Of a stretch of 64,000 nt of DNA, positions 19,401-27,386 are shown one piece after another. A model generated the notes under the pieces. The model saw only the letters and a program-made list of their open reading frames with translations, searched no databases and was not told the DNA's origin. Source of the stretch: Thermoplasmatales archaeon (GTDB lineage Archaea; Thermoplasmatota; E2; UBA202; JdFR-43); assembly GCA_014361195.1 (NCBI GenBank), contig JACIWA010000003.1:131894-195893 (forward strand), written 5' to 3'. Position 1 is the stretch's first letter; every line of letters begins with the position of its first letter. Both the position numbers and the translations under genes were made by a program.

Positions 19401-20513
19401 CTAAAAATTTTTGCAAATTGCCTTTTCAATTGCCTCTTCAATAACTTTTTCATTTAATCTTTTCTCCATTTCCTTTATTTCCTCAATTCTTGCTTTCGTA
19501 GCGGGATTTTTTGCAACCAAAAACGAACAGCAATCCGGCATTTCTTTTATAGAAATTTCATATGTCCCAATTTTTTTTGCTAAATCAACAATTTCATTCT
19601 TGTTCATCCCTAGAAGTGGAGAAAAAACCGGCGATGAAGATGCTTCATATATAGAAGCGAGATTTTCAATTGTTTGAGAAGCAACTTGTCCGATGCTATC
19701 ACCAGTTACAATTGCCTTCGCGTTTTCCATTTTAGCAATTTCATTTGATATTTTCATCATTGCTCTCCTATAAATTATCATCCTGTAACTTGCTTTTATA
19801 TTTGAAATAATTTCATTTTGTATATCTGCGAATGGAAGAAAATAAACCTTACTTTTACCCTGAAATCTAGAAAGTATCTTTGCTATTTCCTCAATTTTTT
19901 TTGGATAAGCTACAAGATTTTCATTATAAAAATGAAGAAATATGTTTTTGCAACCTCTTTTCATCATAAGAAAGGAGGCAACTGGCGAATCTATTCCTCC
20001 AGAAATCAGAGATATAACCTTTCCTTGGCTTCCAACAGGTAATCCACCAATTCCTTTTATTTTTTCTGTGTAAATATATGCTTTCTTTTTACATATTTCA
20101 ATGAATATGTTTAGCTCAGGATTTTTTAAATTTACCTTCTTACCCAACTTATTTTTTATCTCCTCTCCCAAAATTTCGTTTAATTCCTGAGAAGTATATG
20201 GAAAATTTTTATCCTCCCTTCTTGTTGAAATCCTGAAGTTTGAGAAATCCATTTTTTTAGAAATTTCCAAAACCTTATTCCTCAAATCATCAATTTCAAG
20301 CCCCGCTTCAATTGCAAAAGAAAAATTTTCAATTCCAGGAATATTTTTGAGAATTTCTCTCGCCTTCTCGCTATTATCAACTATTATCCTTCCATGCTCT
20401 CTCTTTACTTTAACACCTCTAAGCATTTCCTCTATATTTCTAACCAAATTTTTTTCGAAAAAAATTCTGTTTTTTCCTTTTATACCTATTTCTCCATAAT
20501 GAACAATTATCAT
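19401..20513 (-). CDS. thiI: tRNA 4-thiouridine synthase ThiI
   Basis: HYGEIGIKGKNR, THUMP domain, LISGGIDSPVA, GQVASQT, DCC. Confidence 0.95.
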   Translation of the reverse strand: MIIVHYGEIGIKGKNRIFFEKNLVRNIEEMLRGVKVKREHGRIIVDNSEKAREILKNIPGIENFSFAIEAGLEIDDLRNKVLEISKKMDFSNFRISTRREDKNFPYTSQELNEILGEEIKNKLGKKVNLKNPELNIFIEICKKKAYIYTEKIKGIGGLPVGSQGKVISLISGGIDSPVASFLMMKRGCKNIFLHFYNENLVAYPKKIEEIAKILSRFQGKSKVYFLPFADIQNEIISNIKASYRMIIYRRAMMKISNEIAKMENAKAIVTGDSIGQVASQTIENLASIYEASSSPVFSPLLGMNKNEIVDLAKKIGTYEISIKEMPDCCSFLVAKNPATKARIEEIKEMEKRLNEKVIEEAIEKAICKNF

Positions 20514-20526
20514 TAATAAACAAATC

Positions 20527-20925
20527 TCACATTTTTAAAACCTTTTCCATATCCGCCAAAAATTGCTCTGCATTTCTATATCCAATAGTTCTATAAACTT
20601 CTTTTCCATCTTTTAAATAAACTATTGTTGGAATCTGGCTTACTCTATATAAATTCGCAATTTCAGGATTTTCATCCACGTTAATTTTTATTGCAACAAA
20701 ATTTTTCATCATTTCAATAACTTCCTTATTTTTATAAGTCTCATTTTCCATCCTTCTACATGGCCCGCACCAATCCGCATAAAAATCAAGAATCGCTATC
20801 TTATTTTCATTTAAACTCTCTTCCAGCCCTTTTTCATAATTAACCCACAAAATTTCCCCCATCTCTTTTTTTAAACACCCAATAAGAAGTAAAATAAAAA
20901 CAAAAAATAATAAAATTTTCCTCAT
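20527..20925 (-). CDS. Exported thioredoxin-family protein (possible lipoprotein)
   Basis: Signal-like LLLIGC; DFYADWCGPC. Confidence 0.85.
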   Translation of the reverse strand: MRKILLFFVFILLLIGCLKKEMGEILWVNYEKGLEESLNENKIAILDFYADWCGPCRRMENETYKNKEVIEMMKNFVAIKINVDENPEIANLYRVSQIPTIVYLKDGKEVYRTIGYRNAEQFLADMEKVLKM

Positions 20926-21227
20926 TCTAATCTTATATATTCATTTCTTTCAAGCATTTTTATAAATATAGGAAATCCACTCGCTTTTTCTTTCCCGTAA
21001 TTTTCCTCAATCATCTTCATTATCTCTCCAACGCTATTTTTCCCGTCAAATTTCCTCCAGGCAAATGAACCAATTTCATCAAGATTTACAATGAAATAAT
21101 CTGGCCTTTTTAAAATTTTGCAAAAAATTTTTCCGATTTTACTCTTAAATTTAATTATTTTAAGCCTTACAAGCCCTTCTTCTTCAAACCATTCAACATT
21201 TCTTATTGGCCTTGAATCATCCTTCAT
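20922..21227 (-). CDS. PqqD/RRE-like small protein
   Basis: VNLDEIGSFAWRKFDGKNSVGEI...FIKMLERNEYI, winged-helix PqqD pattern. Confidence 0.78.
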   Translation of the reverse strand: MKDDSRPIRNVEWFEEEGLVRLKIIKFKSKIGKIFCKILKRPDYFIVNLDEIGSFAWRKFDGKNSVGEIMKMIEENYGKEKASGFPIFIKMLERNEYIRLE

Positions 21228-23172
21228 TTGCAATCCTGAATTCCCTTATAACAATATAGCCAAGCAAGAAAGCAATATAACCCCAAACAATCATTCCAGG
21301 CCATGCGGGTGCTTCCTCAAGAACTCCTAAATTAACCCTTAATATAATCAAAAATGCCCCTATTATTCCCATTAAAGCTTCTCCCGCTATTAAGCCCGCA
21401 GAGAAAAGCAAACCAGTTCTATGAGCTTTTTCTTTTGGTTTTATTCCTGTCTCTTTTATAGCCATTTCCCAGTCGCTCATCTCTTCCTCCTCTTCCGCTC
21501 CTTCCTTCTTAAGCTTTCTATCCACTATTGCCCTGACAATTCCTCCCACAAGTATTGGAACAGTAAGGGTAAAAGGTAAATAAATTCCTATTGCAACAGG
21601 AAGAACAGGTATATCCATAAGAATAAGAACTATTGCAAGAAATGCACCCGCTATTACAAATGGCCATACAATTTCTCCTCCTATAACTCCCTTAACAATT
21701 CCTCCCATAAGGAATGCTTGTGGAGCGGGCAAATCAGCGCTTCCTATCTTATATGCTTTATCCAATGCCTGTATTACAATTGCAAGAACAGGAGCAGCAG
21801 CAGCCACGCCTATAATTTCCGCAACCTGCTGTTTCCAGGGGGTGGCGCCGAGCATCTGGCCCGCTGCCATTGATTGAAGCACATCTCCACTTATTGCAGC
21901 GGCACAGCATACAACCGCCGCCATCCCTATTACAATTGTCATTCCTTCATAGCCAGTTACTCCAAATGCAAGCATCAATATGCTAACAAATAAAAGGACC
22001 GCAACAGTTACACCTGAAATTGGATTATTTGATGAGCCCAGTAAGCCCGCCATATAGCCCGCTATTGCGGATGCAACAAAAGCAAGAAATACAAGAATTA
22101 CCGCCATAAATGCACTTACCGCATACATATTGCTTAGCCATCCATAAATCAAGAAAATTGGGATAATAAGCAACCCTATGGTAACAAAAACCTTCTTTAT
22201 ATCTAGGTCATGCTCCGTTCTCTTTTTAGTTTCCACCGTCCTTCCTCTCAGCCCTACAACCGCTTCCTTAACTCCATGAAGTAAATTTTCTCTTAATTTC
22301 CATATTGTATAAAGCCCACCAACAACCATTGCCCCCACACCAAGGTAGCGAACATAACTACTCCACACTTCCATAAATCCTTCAAGTGCTGGTGTTCCAG
22401 ATGGCAAGCCAGTAGAAAGAATGATCAGGGGAGTAATAATAACCCATCCAAGCAATCCGCCAGCAAAAACAAAAGCGGATATTTTTGGACCAATTATATA
22501 TCCAACTCCAAGAAGGGCGGGTGATGCTGCAACTCCTCCATAAAAGTAGCCCTCGCTCGATTTTCCCATTACTCCATATTTACCCGCATAAAAAATTTCC
22601 TCAACTTTTCCTTTGAAAACGTTCAATGAAACTTGACATAGCTTAACTACGCCTGCAAGAATTGCTCCCGCAAGCATCCAAAAACTACTCCCCTTTCCTT
22701 CTTTTCCAACAGCAGTATTTATAACCGCTGCAACCGCTACACCTTCAGGAAATGGTAAATCTGTTTTTACTATCAATGCTCTCCTTAGCAAAACCATCCA
22801 TAGCACACCAAGCACACCACCAACAAGAGCAATTAGTGTTGTCTCCCAGTAATGTATTTCATGCCATGCCCCAATCACAACAAGAGCGGGAATTGTAAAT
22901 ATCACGCCCGCAGCAAGCGCCTCGCCAGCTGCAGCCCCCATCATTCCCAGTGTTACTTCCAGCACAGTTGGTTTAAATGGTTTTAGCAGAGCGAGAGCCA
23001 TTATTGCTCCAGGAATAGCAGCAGAAACAGTCATCCCTGCATATAGGCCAAGGTAGGCATTTGCAGCACCCATTATTATTGCAAGTAGAGCCCCTACCGC
23101 AATCGCTCTAAAAGTGAGCTCCGCAACGCTTTTTTCTGCTGGTATAAGAGGCTTAAAATTTTCCCTACTCAT
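21217..23172 (-). CDS. OPT-family oligopeptide transporter
   Basis: ELTFRAI, AANAYLGLYAG, LPFPEGVA, GSSNNPISG, GATPWKQQ, LPAPQA. Confidence 0.94.
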   Translation of the reverse strand: MSRENFKPLIPAEKSVAELTFRAIAVGALLAIIMGAANAYLGLYAGMTVSAAIPGAIMALALLKPFKPTVLEVTLGMMGAAAGEALAAGVIFTIPALVVIGAWHEIHYWETTLIALVGGVLGVLWMVLLRRALIVKTDLPFPEGVAVAAVINTAVGKEGKGSSFWMLAGAILAGVVKLCQVSLNVFKGKVEEIFYAGKYGVMGKSSEGYFYGGVAASPALLGVGYIIGPKISAFVFAGGLLGWVIITPLIILSTGLPSGTPALEGFMEVWSSYVRYLGVGAMVVGGLYTIWKLRENLLHGVKEAVVGLRGRTVETKKRTEHDLDIKKVFVTIGLLIIPIFLIYGWLSNMYAVSAFMAVILVFLAFVASAIAGYMAGLLGSSNNPISGVTVAVLLFVSILMLAFGVTGYEGMTIVIGMAAVVCCAAAISGDVLQSMAAGQMLGATPWKQQVAEIIGVAAAAPVLAIVIQALDKAYKIGSADLPAPQAFLMGGIVKGVIGGEIVWPFVIAGAFLAIVLILMDIPVLPVAIGIYLPFTLTVPILVGGIVRAIVDRKLKKEGAEEEEEMSDWEMAIKETGIKPKEKAHRTGLLFSAGLIAGEALMGIIGAFLIILRVNLGVLEEAPAWPGMIVWGYIAFLLGYIVIREFRIANEG

Positions 23173-23555
23173 TTTTCTCCCTCCAGAATTTTTTCATAAT
23201 CTTTCGGATTTATAAGATCTTTTAACTCCTCTTCATTCTCCATTTCTATTTCAAAAATCCAACCACTATCATATGGCTCACGATTTATCAATCCCGGATC
23301 ATCATTTAGTGCATCATTTATCGAGAAAATTTTCCCGCTGACTGGAGCATAAACTTCGGAAACAGATTTAACTGATTCCAGAGTTGCAACAACCTCTCCC
23401 CGCTTAAAATATTTTCCAATTTCAGGTAATTCAACATATACTACATCGGTCAATTTATCCTGAGCATAATCTGTTATTCCAACTCTAACAATGCTATTTT
23501 TCCTGAGAATCCACTCATGCGTTTTTGTATAAAGCAAATTCTCTCTAATCTCCAT
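23169..23555 (-). CDS. gcvH: Glycine cleavage system H protein
   Basis: YTKTHEW, VGITDYAQ, LESVKSVSEVYAPVSG with lipoyl-Lys. Confidence 0.95.
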   Translation of the reverse strand: MEIRENLLYTKTHEWILRKNSIVRVGITDYAQDKLTDVVYVELPEIGKYFKRGEVVATLESVKSVSEVYAPVSGKIFSINDALNDDPGLINREPYDSGWIFEIEMENEEELKDLINPKDYEKILEGEK

Positions 23556-23692
23556 ATAAGTGGAATGCTAACACAAATTTAATCTTTTTGAATTGTTATA
23601 TCTTCTTAATTTCATTTGCATGAAGTGAGGCAAAATAAAATTTGATAGAAAAATATTTATATACCTTCATATATATATTTGAGGTGGTTAAA

Positions 23693-24238
23693 ATGGTAAG
23701 GAAAAAGGATAAGGAAAAGGATTCCTTTGACTGGTTTGATGATTGGGGATTTGACGATATATTCGAGGAATTCGATGAGAGATTCAGAAAAATGCAACAT
23801 CGCATCAACAAGTTACTCAAAGACGCGATGGAAGGAAATATACCAGCTAAGGAAGGAGGCCCGTTTATTTACGGATGGAGTTTCAGAGTTGGACCCGATG
23901 GCAAACCTCAATTTGAGGAGTTTGGAAATATAAAGCCGAGGACTGGCATAGAAGAGATGGCAAGAGAACCACTTGTAGATGTCATAGAGGAAGGAGATAA
24001 GATATGCGTAACAGCGGAAGTTCCTGGTGTAACAAAAGAAGACATTAATCTTGAAATAACAGACAGCAAATTGGTTATAAAGGTTGACAGAGAAGACAGA
24101 AAATACTATAAGGAGGTTAAACTGCCAGCGAAAGTCGATGAGGATTCAGCGAAAGCAACATACCAGAATGGAGTGCTTGACATAGAATTCAAGAAAATAA
24201 AAGCAGAAAAGAAAGGAAAGAGAATAGAGATAAAGTAA
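23693..24238 (+). CDS. hsp20: Small heat-shock protein Hsp20
   Basis: GPFIYGWSFRVGPDGKP, REPLVDV, AEVPGV, ATYQNGVLDI; GAGGTGG RBS. Confidence 0.93.
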   Translation: MVRKKDKEKDSFDWFDDWGFDDIFEEFDERFRKMQHRINKLLKDAMEGNIPAKEGGPFIYGWSFRVGPDGKPQFEEFGNIKPRTGIEEMAREPLVDVIEEGDKICVTAEVPGVTKEDINLEITDSKLVIKVDREDRKYYKEVKLPAKVDEDSAKATYQNGVLDIEFKKIKAEKKGKRIEIK

Positions 24239-24239
24239 T

Positions 24240-24265
24240 CCTCTTCCCTTCTCTATTTTTATTTA
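24240..24265 (+). terminator. Pyrimidine-rich terminator after hsp20
   Basis: CCTCTTCCCTTCTCTATTTTTATTT immediately after the stop codon. Confidence 0.5.
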
Positions 24266-26149
24266 TCAAAATCTTATTATAATTTTATAAACTCCATTCT
24301 CCAATTTCTTTTCGGTTTCAAAAACTTTATCAAGTAAATGAAGAGCAGCTTTGTTATCTACAAGCACTTCCGCCGTAAAACCAAGCAAACCATTTTTCTT
24401 TGCAATTTCTGCCAGATATCCAACCAATTCTTTTCCAATCCCTTTATTTTGATAATCATCTCTCACAACCATTGCAATTTCTGCGGTATAATTTGATTCA
24501 TCTATTGTGTATTGAGCTAACCCTATAACCTCTTCCTTTTCATCTTTTGGTATTGTAGCAATTATAACCATTTCTTTTTTAAAATCAACAATGCAGAATT
24601 CCTGCAATCTCTCATGTGGCATATCTGTTCTTGCCGACATAAATCTCCTATAAATTGTATTATCAGACAGAGAATAAAAAAATTCTTTTAGGAGAGGTTC
24701 ATCTGATATTTTAACTGGTCTTAAAAATATTTCTAAACCCTTTTTAGTTCTTCTCCATGTTTCCAGCTCCTCTGGATACTCACCTCTTGCCCCTGGAATT
24801 ATCGCTTGATCCTTAAATACAAGATTATGTTTCTTTGCCTCCTCAAGGAGCCATGCCCTGAATTTTGGATGTGCTATAGATATCAATTCCATGGCTCTTT
24901 CTCTTATATTTTTACCCTCCAAATATGCAATTCCATATTCAGTAACAACATATTGAATATCTCCTCTTGTCAATGTAGCCCCTCCTTCCAAAAATGGGAC
25001 TATCCTACTAACCTCTCCTTTCCTTGCAGTCGAGGGAATGGCAAGTATGCTCCTTCCTCTCCCCAGCAGGGCGCCCCTCATAAAGTCCGCTTGTCCACCT
25101 ATGCCACTATAAAATGTGTGAGCAATTGATTCTGCGGTTGCCTGACCTGTTAAATCTATCTGGAGAGCAGTGTTTATTGCGGTCATTTTTTTATTCTGCG
25201 CTATAATCAGCGGATTGTTTGTATATTCTATCGGATGAAATTCGAAATCAGGGTTATCATCTAAATAATCATATGTTTCTTTTGTTCCAAGGCAGAATGA
25301 TGCAACTGTTTTATTTCTATGAATTGACTTTTCTCTGTTTGTTATTACTCCCTCCTTCATCAGATTAACTATACCATCTGTAAGCAATTCTGTGTGCACA
25401 CCGAGATTTTTCTTTCCTTTCAAACTTGAAAGCACTGCATCTGGTATGCTTCCATATCCAACCTGTATGGTTGAACCATTCTCAACAAGCTTTGCAACAT
25501 ATTTACCAATTCTTTCAGATATCTCATCTGGAGCAGAGGGTTTATATTCAAGCAATGGCTCATCATATGGGACTATAAAATCTACATCCTCTATATAAAT
25601 GAAGCTGTTTCCATGGGTACGGGGCATGTTTTTATTAACCTGTGCAATAATCAAATCTGCATTTTCTGTCGCTGTTTTAACCAAATCAACACTTATTCCG
25701 TAACTCATATAGCCGTGTTTATCAGGTGGAGAGAGCTGAATCAGTGCAACATCCACACGGATAATTTTTCTTCTTAATAAATCAGGAGCTCTTGAAAGAA
25801 ATATTGGGGTGTAATCAGCATTTCCTTCATTTACTGCCTTTCTTGTATTTTCTCCTATAAAAAATGAATTGTGACGAAAATTTCTTTTAAATTTTTCATC
25901 TGTGTAAGGAGTTACACCAAGGGTCCATATATGTATTACTTCAGCATCAACAAATGCTTTTGGATAACTCTCAACATATGCAACAAGTTCCCTAACCAAA
26001 TAAACCGGCTCACCGCAAGCTGTGCCAATAAATATTCTGTCTCCTCTATGAATTTTTGAAAATGCTTTTCTTAAATCCACAAACTTTTCGGGATAAATTT
26101 TCTTAAACCTACTAAGGAAATTTTCTTCCATAATTTTAAGCAAATCCAT
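24266..26149 (-). CDS. Acetyl-CoA hydrolase/CoA-transferase fused to C-terminal GNAT domain
   Basis: TIQVGYGSIP, LGVHTE, SGIGGQADF, VVTEYGIAYL; C-terminal VRDDYQNKGIG GNAT motif. Confidence 0.88.
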   Translation of the reverse strand: MDLLKIMEENFLSRFKKIYPEKFVDLRKAFSKIHRGDRIFIGTACGEPVYLVRELVAYVESYPKAFVDAEVIHIWTLGVTPYTDEKFKRNFRHNSFFIGENTRKAVNEGNADYTPIFLSRAPDLLRRKIIRVDVALIQLSPPDKHGYMSYGISVDLVKTATENADLIIAQVNKNMPRTHGNSFIYIEDVDFIVPYDEPLLEYKPSAPDEISERIGKYVAKLVENGSTIQVGYGSIPDAVLSSLKGKKNLGVHTELLTDGIVNLMKEGVITNREKSIHRNKTVASFCLGTKETYDYLDDNPDFEFHPIEYTNNPLIIAQNKKMTAINTALQIDLTGQATAESIAHTFYSGIGGQADFMRGALLGRGRSILAIPSTARKGEVSRIVPFLEGGATLTRGDIQYVVTEYGIAYLEGKNIRERAMELISIAHPKFRAWLLEEAKKHNLVFKDQAIIPGARGEYPEELETWRRTKKGLEIFLRPVKISDEPLLKEFFYSLSDNTIYRRFMSARTDMPHERLQEFCIVDFKKEMVIIATIPKDEKEEVIGLAQYTIDESNYTAEIAMVVRDDYQNKGIGKELVGYLAEIAKKNGLLGFTAEVLVDNKAALHLLDKVFETEKKLENGVYKIIIRF

Positions 26150-26177
26150 TTTTAAATCTTATGTTTTAAGACCTGAA

Positions 26178-26258
26178 AAACAAAAAAGAGAGGAGGGGGA
26201 TGAATGCAATCCTGCATATGCCCGCTTTAGGGCGCTTTATTATATGCAGGTTTTTATC
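26178..26258 (-). ncRNA. Candidate structured small RNA or leader
   Basis: Stem CCTGCATAT/ATATGCAGG with internal GCCC/GGGC hairpin, TTTATATA box upstream and C/T-rich U-tract downstream. Confidence 0.35.
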
Positions 26259-26313
26259 CTTGAAAATAAATTTTTGCGGGTATATAAAGGAGGGGAGGGG
26301 TGTGGATGCCTTT

Positions 26314-26508
26314 TTAAATATTTCGGAATTTTTCCGATGCAAATTCTCCTCCAATTGCCCATCTTGTTTTTGGAACATCATGCACTAAAATTTCAACAGC
26401 ATTTTCTGGTATTCCCATATCAACGAAAACTTTTGTTAATTTCTTCACCATTTCCTTTATTTCCTCATCTTTCCTTCCTTCCCAGAGAAATACATGAACT
26501 ATTGGCAT
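26314..26508 (-). CDS. 4-oxalocrotonate tautomerase family protein
   Basis: M-P1 N-terminus, EGRKDEE, VEILVHDVPKTRWAIGG. Confidence 0.9.
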   Translation of the reverse strand: MPIVHVFLWEGRKDEEIKEMVKKLTKVFVDMGIPENAVEILVHDVPKTRWAIGGEFASEKFRNI

Positions 26509-26616
26509 AAACAAAAAACACGATTAATTTAAAATATTTTGTTAGCGCCGCAGAAGAATCTTCTCTTATCTTCCAGATTTTTCTGATAAATAGTTTAACA
26601 TTGCTGTTTTTATGAT

Positions 26617-27066
26617 TTATTCATCCTCTAGTTTTATTTTTGCCCAAACAATTCCTCCGCCCTCAACTTCCTTTATCTTTTTCCATTCTTTTGCTTTATC
26701 TAAAATCCAGATGTAAACCATGCCAGTTCTTGTTTTTTCTGGTATCAAATATTTTGGATAATAATTCCAATATTTTTCGCCAGCAAGTTCAATCAATTTA
26801 TTTTTGACTTTGTTTGGCTTAACTTCTATGCAATCCTTTATTTCCACGCTTCCTATCGCCCCAATTTTATTTTCTATTTCTTTTATTTCCCTTTCATTTG
26901 CATTTTCTAACCAGACATCATCTATGCCTCGTGTTGCAATAACTGCCACTCTCCCTCTTCTCTTTGTTGGAATAGAACGCACAAGAAAATTCAATTTCCC
27001 CCTTACCACATCAGTTGCCCAAGGCTGAAAAAGTTTAAAACCTGCCTCCAAAACTTTTTTTGTCAT
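26617..27066 (-). CDS. ASCH-like (PUA superfamily) domain protein
   Basis: FQPWATDVVRG...R..PTKRRGRVAVIA...GAIGSVEIKDC...YIWIL pattern. Confidence 0.65.
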   Translation of the reverse strand: MTKKVLEAGFKLFQPWATDVVRGKLNFLVRSIPTKRRGRVAVIATRGIDDVWLENANEREIKEIENKIGAIGSVEIKDCIEVKPNKVKNKLIELAGEKYWNYYPKYLIPEKTRTGMVYIWILDKAKEWKKIKEVEGGGIVWAKIKLEDE

Positions 27067-27094
27067 TTGTTTATAGATATAAAATAAATTTAAA

Positions 27095-27220
27095 TTATTT
27101 TTGGTTAAATTCAGTATTTTCCGAAAGTAAATGAATTTTGTTCTTATCATCGTCTTTCAGTAAAATCTTGTTGCCACCTATTTCATTTATCCCCCCATAA
27201 AATGTTAAGCTAACGGACAA
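27095..27220 (-). pseudogene. N-terminal remnant of an MBL-fold (RNase J-like) hydrolase
   Basis: GGTGA RBS then TTG: LSVSLTFYGGINEIGGNKILLKD, stop after 41 codons. Confidence 0.6.
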
Positions 27221-27386
27221 TTTAATCACCTACCTTATTTTTGCAACTATTAACAAATATATAAAACCTCCGAGACAAAAACTATTGTAAAAGGGCAAAA
27301 ATATAGCAACGGGTTAAAGATAATGAAATTTGGTTGGAAAGAGGTTTAAACATAAGCTTTTTAATATTTAAATTGATTATCAACTA

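Noticed and set aside
23615..23635. TTTGC-N10-GCAAA inverted repeat upstream of hsp20 as a heat-shock operator
   Set aside because: Only 5-bp arms in AT-rich DNA and no convincing match to CIRCE or Phr boxes
26166..26510. Short ORFs 26166-26381, 26200-26388 and 26244-26510
   Set aside because: No recognisable motifs; the region is better explained by the tautomerase gene and a structured non-coding element
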